The notes below the pieces were generated by a model that was not told where the DNA came from, made no database searches, and saw only the letters and a program-made list of their open reading frames with translations. From assembly GCA_009103225.1 (NCBI GenBank), contig RHPI01001116.1, positions 515,267 to 579,266 of the forward strand: a stretch of DNA of 64,000 nt, given 5' to 3'. Origin of the DNA: Chlorokybus atmophyticus. Lineage: Eukaryota > Plantae > Mesostigma and Chlorokybus algae. Of the stretch, positions 12,998 to 26,091 are shown in pieces. The first letter of the stretch is position 1. Each line of letters opens with the position of its first letter. The position numbers were made by a program, and so were the translations under genes.

Positions 12998-15500
12998 ATG
13001 AATCGTGTGTTTGCGCCCTTGGTTACTGTTGTGTCTCATTCCAGCGTGCACGAACCAGTCGCAAGTGCTGCGCTACCATCAGCTGCTGATTCACCTGGCG
13101 ATGCCTCCGCGGAATGCTGCATGGTCACCAGCACACGCTTCTCACTTCCCTCTCAAGCACACAGAAGCACGCAGTCAATGCGCACCCAGCAGCCCGCAAG
13201 TGCAAACGCACGCGTGCGCAGTGCTGATTCGCTGGCCCCGCGCAGCACCCAAGATGAGCACGAGGACGAAGCAGCCTTTGAGGCGGCGTGCCATCAGTTG
13301 GATACGCAGCCTCAGACTCAACACAGCGCAGCATCTTGGCAACCAGCACGCGCGTGGCCTACGCCGCGGCAGCACCATCCGTGGTCGAAGGAGCTGCAGG
13401 CGGCGACTGTGCAAGCAGTGCTGGACAAGCTTGAGAGAGTGGGGGATGAGCCCGAGCTGCCTCTATGTTCGGAGGACAGCTGGCGAGTACAGCTAAGCGC
13501 TTTCATGCACGATGTCGATAACTTCGTAGCTGCAGGGCCGCGAGCGCATTTGCCTGCATGGCAGCTCTGGCTGCAAGCTACCAAGCACCCAATGGCGTCG
13601 TGAGTGCTGAGCTAGCTCAGCTCTGGCTACCCCTTGCATTTTCAAGAGAATGCAACAGCTCCGGAGCAGAGATGTGGACAGGTGCAGTTGCTGCTGCGCT
13701 CAAAAGGTTGGTCGCATGCTCGCATCTGTGCTGCCCTGCGCGCATCAGCACCTCCGCCTATTGTGTTGCGCAATCGTGCCTCGTTGCAAGAGCACAAGGA
13801 GTTTGTGGTGGAGGAATTACCACGCTGGTGCGCACGGGGGCTACCACCCCGGTGCCAACCGATGCAGCAAAGCAGGTGATCTCGGGCATGGGGGTGGTAG
13901 TTATAAGCAAGAAACGTTTGGTGGTGAATCTTCGCTACGTCAACCTCTTCCTCGCACACATACCTTTCCACTACGAGCGCTTAACGGACGTGTTACACTA
14001 TACCAAAGTAGGAGCATGGCAAGCAAGCTTTGACTTGAAAAGCGGAAACCACCACATTCCCATCCGCGCACGTGACACCAATTACTTGTGCGTGGCCTTT
14101 GAAGGTCAGGTGTTCAGATGGAATGTGCTCCCCTTTGGACTGAATCAAGCATGCTATGCATTTACAGTGGTGCAGCTTGTCATCCACAAGCCATTGCGAA
14201 GTGCGGGCATTGGCACCCTCAGCTACATAGATGACATGCACACAGCGCATCGCAGCAAAGGGCATCTACTATGGCGTATTGAGCTGATCATGCAGCTCTG
14301 TGCGGCACTGCGCGAGTTCTTTGCACTGCCTAAGTGCCATGCTTTTCCCCACCATGCGCTTGCAGCTGCTGGGGCTCATTGTGGACTCGCAAATGGGCGC
14401 GTTCTCGCTGCCCGAAGCCAAGCTTGAGGACCTCGACATGCTGCTTGAGGACACGCTGGCGCGCCCAACGCTCACCAAAAAAGTGCTGGCGCGCATAGCA
14501 GGCAAGCTAATCAGCCTACGCCTGGCCGTTCCTCCCGTGCTGCTATTTGCTAGGTCGCTCATGGAGTAGTAAACTACGCCAACACTTGGGAAGCACCATT
14601 TGCAGCGCCGGCCATTACAAAAGAGTTCATTGCGTGGTTGCGATCAGCCATGCGGATGTACACAGCCAGCGCTTGGTGGAGACTGCCTAGCTCCATTCTG
14701 CTGCGCGCCGATGCATCAGGAGAGAAGAGCTGGGGTGCGGTGACACCGTGGGGCCACGTGCAGGGCAACTTCACACCGGTTGAGCTGGAGCTGTCCCCGG
14801 CAGTCAAGGAAGGGCTAGCGTATGTTGCCATAGAGGCAGCTCGCCGCTTCACAAACCTGCGGCACACAACCGTCATGCTTGAAGGGGACTGTCAACTAGC
14901 CCTACAAGCTTTCTCCAAGCTGGTCTCCCCTTCGCCTTACCTAAGAGCCCTGCTTCATAAGCTGTGGGGAGTGCTCTGGGCCAGGGATCTCCACTTGCGT
15001 TGCTCGTGGCAGCCGCGCGAGCGGCTGCAATTGGAGGACTGGCTCTCCAAAACCGCGGATGCGGGCGATTGGGCCTGCGCACAACAACGCGTGATCAAGT
15101 GATAGCGCGATGGGGTGCACCGACTGTAGACATGTATGCTTCAGAGGTCAATACCGTTGCTCCCGCCTTCTTCTTCGCTTGTAGCAGCCCGGGCTCGAGT
15201 GGCAACGCTCTCACCTCCGGTTGGGACTGCGCCCCGCGCGGCCTCTTGTGGGTCCTTCCGCCCTTGGCCCTGCTGGGCACGGCAGTACAGTTGATTGCGC
15301 ACGCTCGACGTGATTGCGCGTTGGTTGTGCCTCAATGGACACAGAAACCTTGGTGGCCACAAGTTCTAGGGCTACCTATTCATGAGTTCGTGCTACTTCA
15401 TGCACACCCAGCTCTATTTGTGAGGGTAGAGTGCCTGCGCACATCCCTAGCCCAGGCAAATACCCGCATGTGGCATTCTATATGGTGCTCACCTGATTAG
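12998..15500 (+). pseudogene. pol: reverse transcriptase - RNase H - Dam-like methyltransferase, with frameshifts and stops
   Basis: RT: KKRLVVNLRYVN, FDLKSGNHHI, LPFGL, YIDD. RNase H: ADASG..SWGA, EGDCQ, WQPRE..EDWLSK..D.GDW. MT: VDMYASEVN, LWVLPP, LVVPQW..KPWWP. The frame switches several times and TAG TAA occurs at about 14567. Confidence 0.9.
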
Positions 15501-16254
15501 ACGGGCACAAGTAGTGCCGCACCATGGCCTCAGTCTGCCACAAACCCTGTTGCTGTAGCTCTGCCATGGTCATGCCTTGTTCTTGGCCGTGAAGCACACC
15601 ACCTCGCCTGAAACTATGCAGCGTCACATGTGGCTTGTCAATGCCGCTAGCCAACAGGTGCTTGCGTAACGCCTTGTTGGCCGCGGCAGTTTGTAGAGGT
15701 CCGTCCAGCCACTTTCTTTTGCTTTGATGCATGCCACGGAACAAATAGCCCGTGCCAAGCTCCATGTTGTGCTGACGCGCACACTCTACAAACTGCCCCA
15801 TCTCCTGATGCATGTCAAAAAGAATGCCACTATGCGTAAGTGGGATAGCCGGGGGCAACATGTCCTTCCAGTTCTTCAGCACCCCTGTGCGGACTTGTAA
15901 GCCCACTTCGATTTGCTGTAGTTGGTGCAGCTGCAGCTGACACGCTTCACCGCCCCTCTGCCAACTACACCACAAGTTGTGGAACAGCAAGCGGTCCCGC
16001 ATAGGAAGCAACACTTCGGGCCCGCTTGTAGCCTGTACTTGTACGTTCAAGTGCGCTGACAGCGTGCGAACGTCGCTCACTGTAAAAGGCTCAGCTTGAT
16101 GAGGCTGTACACCAGCCTCGACAACCCCTCGCTGATACGCTTTTACATACTCAACAACTTCGGGTGCTCGGCAAGGATTTCTAGTTGCCATGATGCTGTC
16201 CCATGCGCTGCCCCTCCCAATTCTGGCAAAGCCGTTGGTCAAGCTGGTAAGCAT
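15478..16254 (-). CDS. Tyrosine recombinase (phage-integrase family) of the retrotransposon
   Basis: RDRLLF...WQRGGEA (R), LKNW (K), HSFRRGG (HxxR), GLW (W) and VRHY (Y). The catalytic residues appear intact in this ORF. Confidence 0.9.
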   Translation of the reverse strand: MLTSLTNGFARIGRGSAWDSIMATRNPCRAPEVVEYVKAYQRGVVEAGVQPHQAEPFTVSDVRTLSAHLNVQVQATSGPEVLLPMRDRLLFHNLWCSWQRGGEACQLQLHQLQQIEVGLQVRTGVLKNWKDMLPPAIPLTHSGILFDMHQEMGQFVECARQHNMELGTGYLFRGMHQSKRKWLDGPLQTAAANKALRKHLLASGIDKPHVTLHSFRRGGVLHGQEQGMTMAELQQQGLWQTEAMVRHYLCPSNQVSTI

Positions 16255-16647
16255 GTTCCGACGGGACTTGGTAGCTAATTGTTATCTGCCAGTGGCGTCA
16301 GCGCATTGGGCATGAACAGAGTGCTTGGGCAACCAGTATGAATGAACATACGCCCGCACATAATGTGGGCCCACGCTAGTGACGCTCTCGCTGTGCTGCT
16401 GCACGTGCTGCGCAAACTCTCGCCACACAGTGCAGCACGCGCAATGATGCCTCTCGCCAACAGCAGCTCAACTGGCTGCGTGTGACTCAGCAACCGCCTG
16501 TAGAAAGCGCTGCTGCATGGCCGGGTTGGCAGCCGCAGGGGCATAATCTGCGTGGCCAAGGTCTGCTACTTGTAGGCTACACCCATATTGCTCCACTGCC
16601 TGCCCAAACCCAGCCCTCCAAACAAATTTTGGCAGTAAGTAACATTG

Positions 16648-16818
16648 GGCTGATCGTGCTGTACTATCCCTCTGGGGATGAGCAACTCAACGGCTGCTCT
16701 CTGCTGCCAAATTTGTATGAGGTGAGCAACGTCGATACACCCAATGCAAAGCATGCAACAACATTGTTGTTATCGTCTATTGCCACGTGGCTACATCAAG
16801 CAGCGACTCTGCATGTGT
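16648..16818 (+). repeat. Split direct repeat B1
   Basis: Matches 17356-17525 (GGCTGCTCTCT.CTGCCAAATTTGTATGAG.TGAGCAACGTCGATACACCCAATGCAAAGCATGC...). Abuts A2. Confidence 0.93.
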
Positions 16819-17204
16819 TCAAGCATGCTGAACAGCCTGCCCATTGGCTGAGCAGCGTAATGGGCCTACCGCTCAGCTCCTTAGCAACAATAGCCGTTGA
16901 GGAGCTGAGCACGTGCACATGCAGCACTAGAAGTGCGGCGTACTGAAAGACTGCGCAAGAGCTCACCTCCCTGCCGCCCAGGGCTGGCTTAACGGCGATG
17001 TGACAGTTGCCTCCGCCGCCGCTGAAGAGCCAGCCCGCTGAGCTGGCTCTGGCTGCTTCATGGCAGCCAAAGGCCAGCCTTGTACGACCTCCCTCTCCAT
17101 AACCTCCAGCAGGGCGACCTCCCCGCTGTCGTCGTCGTTGTTGTTGTTCACAGCGCCCCTGGCGCTGTGAACAACTAAGATTTGTTGCTCTGAGCGCTGT
17201 TTGA
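16809..17204 (+). repeat. Split direct repeat A2
   Basis: Direct copy of A1 with scattered substitutions and small indels. Confidence 0.95.
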
Positions 17205-17355
17205 CCCACCCACCCAACCCTGAGGGCCTGGGGGGCTCGTGCGATCCGACATGGTCGCCCATCAACCGTCCGTTTGTGACCACAAACGGATGGCTGTGCG
17301 CGCGCGACACTTGTCTGGGTGCAACCGTTCAATCAGTCCCGTTGAACTGGTGACG

Positions 17356-17525
17356 GGGCTGACCGTGCTGTGTTATCCCTTTGAGGATAAGCAGCTCAAT
17401 GGCTGCTCTCTACTGCCAAATTTGTATGAGATGAGCAACGTCGATACACCCAATGCAAAGCATGCGACGACAGGTTGTTAACGTCTATTGCCAGATGGCT
17501 ACATCAAGCAGCGACTCTGTATGTT
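17356..17525 (+). repeat. Split direct repeat B2 (right end of element)
   Basis: Direct copy of B1. Confidence 0.93.
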
Positions 17526-18741
17526 GTTACCCTCGGCTTGCCCTTGTCTGCATCTCCACCCCGCGCCGGCTTAAGCGTCTTGCTTAGCACGTTGTTGACC
17601 TAGCCCAGTGTCTGTCGTTGTATCGTTGTACCGTCATTGTGCCTTCGTTGTACCGTCGTTGTACCTTCGCCCCCCTCGCTGGGTCCATAGCTAGTTTGCT
17701 TATGTTCATGCTTGTGCTATGCCACACGTGTTGTTGTCCATGCATTTGCACAACTCTGCTGTAAGTGTAATTATCAAAAACTTATGACCATAATATTCGT
17801 ATCATACACATAGGCTTGAAGAACACACACATATCAATGCGTGTGTTCACTTATAATGCATATGCATTATTTTGCTCGTGAGAAATGCATAAAACATGTC
17901 ACGATTATTGATGTGTGTTACACACATGCGTGCAAATTTCGTTTGTAAGATACATTCGATATGACATTGCTGAATCATTGACACGTCATTTGATTAGCGC
18001 TACAATACATACATATGTATGTATTACATTGTTGCAAGACTTGACGCTTACAAACCTTAATAAATGCATAATTTGTCATACAATATATTGATGCTTACAT
18101 GATGCAATACTCAATCTAATTGTAAAATTAATCTTTCGTATGTCGACTTGTAGCTGACAGGTACATATGCTTGTTACCATACTTGTTACGATAATGCATA
18201 TGCATGTAAACACATGCATATGCACAATACTTACCCTCATCATGTATATCGCCATTTATGTTTGATCCAATTATTAATGATTTACCTTGATGTTCATGCA
18301 TGCATTCTCTTTAAGTACATTAGCATCAAGTTGGGGCTTTTTCAACCTGCGGTGAATAACATCATTTTTATTTATTGTACATTACCATGCTAAGATTGCA
18401 ATCATCCCTACCACCTTTAAAGGCGGATACCAACCTGCGCATGCACTTGTGCACTCAGGTTGGTTGGTTAGTTGGTCGGTCAGTCGGTGTTTGCTGCTGC
18501 TGCAACTGCCTGTTTCACCAACGGCATTGCATTGCACATAGGTCACTTAGCATAGTGCAGTATGATGGCCCCGTGTGTAATGTAAGTATGTTGCTTTGCT
18601 TAATGACTTGAGTGCTATTGTTAATGTGCATTGGTGTGTGCACAGACCGCATGTTTTCACATCTAATGGCCATATCACAAACAATGCTTAACAACGCAAA
18701 ATATTACTACTAAACCTCACATGGCCTAGGTGTGAGCATCA

Positions 18742-18853
18742 TGGCCCAAAGCCTTTGGGCCAAAGGGTATTAATGGTACTCACCGTTCATTATGACACAC
18801 AAGCACCCCAATTTTCATCGCACCCATTGTGGGTATCGTCTTGCCTAGGGTTT
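18742..18853 (+). promoter_or_regulatory. Putative promoter: palindrome with two site-II-like TGGGCC half-sites plus a telo-box
   Basis: TGGCCCAAAG-C-CTTTGGGCCA (18742-18762) and TAGGGTTT (18846-18853) lie just upstream of the likely LIM-gene ATG at 18904. Confidence 0.4.
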
Positions 18854-18903
18854 GGGCGTTGTGTGGTTGGTGCTGCCGCCCCTCGTCGTTGCAGTCGGCG
18901 GCA

Positions 18904-21153
18904 ATGGGGTGGACGGAGGAGGTGCATGCCAGGCGCGGGCTCGCCCCCACACCTGCTGGCGCTCCGCCGCTCACCGGCAGCGAGAAGAAGCAGGGTTCGT
19001 TTTCAGCGTTGGGTCCATCGTGTTGTAGTTGGCTGTGCAACGTGTATTACATGCATTGTATCACGTGCGCAGTGAGCCAGTCGAAAGTCCTCACTTGCTT
19101 TGCTTGCTTTCTTGTGCGGTCTGTCTGATGATCACCTGCGGCTGGACGACAGTACACTGCATGTCACAGCTACATGCTTCTGTCATGAGCCAAGCTGCAC
19201 TCTTCTGCCATGGCTTGTCTGTGTAACACGCACGAGTGAGTACACGCACGAGTGAGTCTACTCACGTGAGGAGCTTTTACTCTGTCAATGCCGAAGGGGC
19301 ATGTCGAGCTAGCCCCGAACTGTTGTTTAACGCTATCGTTGGTCGGCGACTGCTCTCAGCGTCGTCTGTGCCACTAATTGCATGTTGCTTTGAGAAAGCA
19401 CAAGTCGTGGGTGGGTGAGCGGGTAGGTCAAGCCGTTGTGCCAATGGCGAGAGGGTTGGCACTGCGGGAGGGAAGGGGCAGAGCTGCTGTAAGCGGATTC
19501 TTGTGTTGTTACTGACAGTCCTCGTGACTGTTCTGGTAGTTTTGTCGTTTTTATTTATGCTTATCAACTCACGCGCGTTAGTCAAGACACATTGAATTGG
19601 TCATGTCCACAGCAATGAAATGCTGGTTGCAGCAGATGCGTGCCATCGTGTTACTTCAGTGTACAGTTCACATAGCACGACATAGTACTGTTTGCTTGTT
19701 GTCATGCGGTCTGACTTTGCAGTCTCATGCTGCTGTTGCCATTCAGGCAGCCACACGCGGGCAAATGCAAATGTCATAACGCTGCTCGCTGCTGCCGGTG
19801 CCGCTGTGGCCTTCGTGATATGGCGAAAGGCTCGCCAGAAGGTAAGGAGTTCTCCAAATCATATATGAGTCATGCGCACGCTGTTGCACGCCCTCTGGTC
19901 ATTTATAGACCCGTTAGGGATGACATGGCTGGCAGCCGTCGGACATGCGGAGAGCCGCGGCTGCGCGAGAGAAGGGTTCGGGCTTTCGGTTCCCAGCAGT
20001 GAAAGCAGCAACAAACACAGCAGCCGGTGCACCCCAACGCACAGACACCGGCTCATCCAGAGCAGCCCCAGTCTCATCCTCACTGCCCCGCAACAAGACT
20101 TCTAACAACAAGAAAAACAAAGCACGAAAAGGTGACTCTTGCATGCTGATTCAGTGCAGCTTCTGGTTTGTAGACTGCTGTCTCCCTGTTTGAGCTACAC
20201 ACTGTGAAAATTTCTTTTGTTCAAATTAATGGTTGCTCAGCGAAACAGTTGGTTGTTGGTTCATAGCGCGAGTGTTGTCTGCTTGTTGCATAGCGCACTA
20301 ATCGGCGTGTGTTGCATTACAGCTGAAAAGAGGGCAGCCAAGGCAGCAAAGTTAGAAGAGGAAGCGCGGCCTACAGCAGTGCACTCTGCTGAAAGTACGG
20401 TTAGCGGCAGTGCTGGCGCAGATGGTGCATGTGCGGGATGCGAGAAGCCCATCAAGGGCAAATCCGTGACGGCGATGAAGCGGAAATGGCACGACGGGTG
20501 CTTCAACTGCACCATCTGCCACAAGAGCTTCACCAAAGCTGATGGGCGGCTTGACAAGTTCAAAGAGTCGGCGGATAAGGCAAGTTGTTATGCGTAGTTG
20601 CAGAGAGTTGCAGGCTTGAGTTTGTTGCAACGACCTGCAGTTGTGAGGTGTGGGCAGCCGACTTGTTTTCAACATTGTGTCTCCTCAGCCTTATTGCGAA
20701 GACTGTTGGGGGGAGAACCTGGCGCAGCGCTGTCATACTTGTGGGAAGCCGTGCACAGGTGTGCTTTTGTCGATGACCGTTGCATGCAATGTAGCGCAAG
20801 TGCAGGCATCTTGAGCTGTTGTGCATGGTCAGGTACGGAGGATCCGTTGAACAAAGACAACTTGAAAGAGACCATTATAGCCCTAGGTAAGCATTTGCAA
20901 AGCTCAGCTGCTAGACTGCAGCGGGCACCTGGCTTGACTGACGTATTATGGCCGCATCTGCTGGCTCTTGACACTGCTGCGTGTTGATTGCAAGTCTCTG
21001 AGACAGATCTTGACGCCACTGCGGTAACGTGCAGGCCGACACTACCACAAGAGCTGCTTCAAGTGCGGTCAGTGTGGCAGGGTGCTGACTGGGGACTTCC
21101 ATACCGGCATTGGCGGGAGGCCACTGTGCAACATGTGCGGCAGAGGCAGATAG
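18904..21153 (+). CDS. Two-LIM-domain protein with probable N-terminal membrane anchor (start uncertain)
   Basis: LIM1: CAGCEKPI...KWHDGCFNCTIC...|PYCEDC. LIM2: CHTCGKPC...|RHYHKSCFKCGQC...PLCNMC*. An upstream exon VITLLAAAGAAVAFVIWRKARQK joins in phase. The first exon (MGWTEE...) is tentative. Confidence 0.75.
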
Positions 21154-23946
21154 TAGCAGCAGGGAGGAAGCATTGACTATCCAGCATTCAGTATCTGACA
21201 TACTGGTTATTCAGTTGTAGTTGCCCAATAAACACTTGCACGGTTCTGGGTTGCCATCAAGTCTTGCTCTCTGTACATGTCCTTAGCCGAGTACTGCCAA
21301 TATTGTTGCAATCTGATTGCCTGTCAGGATTCAGTTCTAGATGTGGTTGTTGACAACCTCCGTGTGTGGTGTCATTGCATGCATTGATTAGCTGCCAGCA
21401 AGTGAGATATGATAACCAAGCATTTTGGAGGATCCTCGGATGCACATGCTACATTGATAGAGTATCAAGCGGGGGTTGATTGCCAGCTATCCATGCAATA
21501 TGATGGACGTGATGATGGTCCATGTGCTGGCATTCGCATTTTTATAGATAGATGGATACGAGCATGGCACTCGATGACTTGGCAACCTGTGCAGGTGATG
21601 ACCAGTACGTGCATGTCATATATGTCTAACAGGGTGGTGGTGTTAGTGTTGGTAGCAGTAGTGAAGTAGAGTAGGAACCCGGTGGTAAACACGTTGATGG
21701 TGAGTTTGAGTTGCTGACTGTATGCTAGTCACACTCCTTGCATGTCAAATGCATGCGCATATGCACGCCACATATCACATCAACCCACCAACAACTCTGC
21801 CACCGCACCAGCCAAGGGGGTTCCATGCGCATGGCTATTGTGAGTGATGAGGTGGTGGTCGCCGCTTATATTGGTGCTTGTGCTTGTGCTTGTGCTTGTG
21901 CGTGTGTAAGGGTGTGGATAGGCATGGCAGATGTTGACAACCAGACACTTGCGAGTTCATTAAACATAAATGTAGTGCGCAGCTAGAGGCAAATGCATGG
22001 AGAGATCTAGCAGGTGCGAGCAGCAAGTAGTGGGTAACCTACTGCGCAAGTAGAGGATGTTGGTGGCGCTCTGTCAGATGTCGACACTTGTGCAGTGCAT
22101 GCGTCGGTCGGGACAATTGTGTACAGGGGATATGACGTGCTATTAGGCACACGCATGTAATGCATCACAACCACTCAAGCATTACATGCACACTAGTATA
22201 CATCTTACCGTTGTCACCACCGGGCTAATGTACTGCACTAAACTACCAGCTACTAGCCTTCCCCGTTAGACATGCATGTACATGCACACGTTTATCATTA
22301 CCTGCCCACACGGGCTGCTGTTAGCCGCTGGTGTCAACGGGCAGCATGGCAATCACAAAGACGACGACTCCCTCCCTTTCGTTCTCCCTCTTCCCCGCTA
22401 CTCTCTGCATCTCGCCGCTCATGCCGCGGCCCTGGCTGCCATTCTACCCTAACCCTCGCTGCGTGCTGCCTATGTCAGCACTACACGCGCAGGGCCGTTC
22501 GGGGTGGAGCTGTTCTGCTGGTAGATTGGTGTCATTGGCAGTTCGGTGGTGCTGGCAGTTACGTGCTGGTGGTGGGGTTGTGCCCCAAGCCCGCGCCAAG
22601 GCCCCCCCCCCCCCCCCCCCCCCCCCCNNNNNNNNNNNNNNNNNNNNNNNNNNNNNNNNNNNNNCCCCCCCCCCCCCCCCCCCCCGGCAGCTGGCTCGCA
22701 GGCCTGAGCATCAATGCGGTGTCTCGTGTTGGCGTCACCTGCCTTCAACGGCTTCGTCAGCGTTGAAAAATTCAGCATGCACGTTTTGCCATGGTATCAA
22801 CCATTAGAAATAGCAATAACATAAAACAATAAGGTCGCACTTGGCAAACTCCGAAGTCGGTGGCAGTAGGGTAAAGACAAGCAAGCAGTCGTGCGATTGG
22901 GGGCCAAGGCAGAGCTATGCACAGCTTACTCTAACTTAACAAAACTACTAGCCCGACACTAGATCCTCAAGCAGCGGTAGGTGGGCGTGTACAAAGCAAG
23001 CAGAGGGACGGCAACACTCAACCACCTACGGAGTGGAGAGAGGAGAGCAGCAGAGGTTAAGCTTGTTTGTCCACGCGGGCGTCTGCATGCACAATCACAA
23101 AGACGCTGCAACTTGCCCCTTAACATCTCAACATGTAATGCTTGCATGCGTGTGTGCTTTTTCACTTCCGTCTTTTGCTTTGCATGTAAGGTTGGGCGCG
23201 ATTGTTACATACAAGACTTCAGTGCCCTTCCGCCTCCCGGTGGTCCCCCTCCACTTCCCTTCTCTCTCCAACACCTCGGCATTGTGCGCGTGCCTACCTC
23301 CATTGCATCTCCACAAGTGTTGTGCAGGTAATGAACCCAACTATGATGCATTCATGACTGAATGACGGGCTCCACGACGGTGTAGTGCGGTAATCAATTG
23401 AAAATCGTGTAAGTTGTTCCGGTGGTTTAATTGGTGTGCGCCCACAATGCATGCTAGGTGTGGTGTACTAATCACCGCACTTGCATTGCCCTCCATTGAT
23501 GTACACATGCATGCACATAGGTAGCAGGACGTGTGCTGAGCTTTAGCCCTCTCCCCCCCNACCTGCCTGCTATTGTGTATTCTTCCATCGCCTAGCTAGC
23601 GCACTTGCTCTCTTCTCTTTCACACCACAAACGTGCACGTGGTCTCCTCTCGGTCGCCAGTGAGTGTCTGCATCAGTGCTTGCATGGATAAGCCTGCTGC
23701 TTGCATGCAGTACCAATCGTCATACATGTACCAATGCACGTTTTTAGATGCCATACCGTCACGACCTTCAGTATATGAGGTGTGCATGTGAGTGTTGTCT
23801 AAAAAGGAAAGTGAGACTCGTCATAGGTCATACCACCTCCTGTGCACACAAGTGAATGCATGTTCATCTTGACGTGGAAGGACAGCTTTGCCACAGAGAT
23901 GCGCAGCAATTGACACAATATATTACACAAGCAACAGCACCGCTGT

Positions 23947-26091
23947 TCACCAAGTTTTGTTCACACGAGAGAACCTTGGCATAGAGACTGCAGGCACACT
24001 TGGCGCCCGGTACCAAGGCAGGACCTCCTCCTTGGCTTGCGGCTTCTCCACGGTCATGGGGTTGAAGGTCTGGGCAAATCCGGTCGCGATAATGGTCACC
24101 CGCACCTGAGAACAGGCAACCTGTGTACAAAACCCAACAAACCAGTGCTGCACAAGTTGTGTATCTGCCAGTCGCAAATCATATAACCTTTCACTTTTTA
24201 AGCATCGCCTACCTCTCCATCATACTTGTCATCGATGACGGCACCAAAGATGACATTGGCACTCGGGTCCGCAAGCTGAGTAACAACTTCAGAGACTCTG
24301 TTCACCTGTTTGTACACATCCATTTGACACCAGGCGGCAACAAGGAAGTACACAAGTAAGAGTCAACAGCATGCGTCTTCAAACCCACCTCGAGCAGTGT
24401 GAGGTCCCGGCCGCCCGTGATGTTATACACAATGCCGGTGGCCTTCTCAATAGACCTCTCGAGCAGCGGTGCAGCCGTGGCAGCAATAGCCGCATCTTCA
24501 GCGCGATTCTTGCCCGTGCCATAGCCGCTACCAAGCATGGCTGAGCCGCTGTTGCTCATAACAGCCTTGACATCAGCAAAATCCACATTGACAAGGCCCG
24601 GTATCTGAAGGAGAGAAGTATTTTGTTGTCAGATATGTGTGCACTCTAGTAGTGGCTGAACTTGAGCAATATTATGCTTACCGTAATGATGTCAGAAATG
24701 CCCTGCACACCCTGCCGGAGCACGTCGTCGGCAAGCAAGAACGCATCTTGCAGAGCAGTGGTTTCAGAAGCAACATCTAGCAAGCGATCGTTGGGAATCA
24801 CAATGAGCGTGTCAACATTTTTCCTCAGATTCTCAATGGCATTAGTCCCCTGCAAGCAACCAACTAACACACTCAGCTACCTGCTGACCCAAGTAGTGTG
24901 CAATTAAACAACGCTGAGCCGATGACAATATGCATGACGGCAGCAAAGAGTATGAATGCCTGCAAGCGATTACCATCTGTGCTCTTCTGCGGCCTTCAAA
25001 GGTGAAAGGGAATGTAACAACACCGACAGTGAGGTGCCCGGCCTCACGGGCCATGCGTGCGACCACTGGTGCAGCACCGCTCCCGGTCCCACCACCCATG
25101 CCAGCGGTGATGAAGATCATATCAGCACCGGCAACAGCTGTCGTGATGTCCTCAATGGACTCCTCAGCTGCCTGTTCGCCAAGCTCGGGGTTGCCACCAG
25201 TTCCTGCCCAAAGTCAATGCAGGATCATGTTGCATTCTGTGCACATGCACAACATGCATGCATGGTCAATGTAGCATAGTCGTGCAGCATAGAAACAAGT
25301 AAACAAGCTAGCAAGGTGAATAGGCGCAGACGTTGTGCTGGGAACGTGCATGCAGGAGCAAAATGACGGTATTGATAGACAGTTACCTAGCCCTCGTGTG
25401 AGCTCCTGGCCTATCTGCAGCAAGTTGGGTGCGGTGGACTTCAGCAGCGCTTGCGCGTCCGTGTTTACAGCCCAAAACTCAACACCCTGCAAGGAGTTCG
25501 TTCAATCTGTCTGTGGCGCCATAACAGCACACAAGTTCAATGCAACAATGCAACAACAAAAAGCAGCAAAGCACAAACTTTACAGGGCACGTAGTATAGT
25601 GCAAATTTCAGAAATGGCCAAACAGTCACACACCTGTACGCCTGCTCCAATCATGCGGTTGACAGCATTCCCTCCGCCACCCCCAACCCCGATGACTTTG
25701 ATGCGGGCGCTGCCATCCGCGAACGCAGCTTGCACAACGACAACGCTGTAGCGATGTGAGCGCCGGCGCCGAGCAGGAATCGAAGATGTGAAAGCGGCAG
25801 GAGCATGTCTCCGAAGCTGCTGCTGCTGCTGCCGGCGAGCTGTGGGATGGCATAGCCCAACTTGCAGCAAACAAGCCTGTGCAGTGTGACGAGTTTGAGC
25901 TATCATTGACCGCTGCAGCTGCGTTGTTTTCGTTGACTTGTCCTCAAGTTGACGGAAATGCATGCATGCAAGCAAGCAAGCAGGCAAGCAGAAGAGTAGT
26001 CCAGCGGGTAAGCAAGCAAGCAGGTACGCAAGCAAGAAAGGTGGTAACGTACCGTTGTGGACGGCGACGAGGAGGTCGCCGTGCACATCAT
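23947..26091 (-). CDS. FTSZ1: Plastid division protein FtsZ (FtsZ1-like)
   Basis: Transit peptide, then [25 protein letters not shown], tubulin signature [27 protein letters not shown] and [10 protein letters not shown]. The short C-tail lacks the core motif of FtsZ2. Confidence 0.95.

Larger units (their letters stand above)
10229..17525 (+). mobile_element. Tyrosine-recombinase (DIRS-order, PAT/kangaroo-like) retrotransposon with split direct repeats, decayed
   Basis: Layout is A1 - gag-like - RT/RNaseH/MT - YR (opposite strand) - B1 A2 - spacer - B2. The repeats are directly visible in the sequence. Confidence 0.9.

Noticed and set aside
17615-17668. TCGTTGTACC-like tandem units as a CRISPR-like array
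   Set aside because: Short degenerate 11-bp minisatellite without spacers, in a eukaryotic context with no cas genes.
22272-22807. Proline-rich ORFs across the poly-C tract
   Set aside because: They span an N gap and a homopolymer, with no supported product.
4623-26091. RECA and FTSZ1 proximity as an endosymbiotic operon relic
   Set aside because: Both are intron-rich nuclear genes about 16 kb apart, with unrelated genes and a transposon between them.
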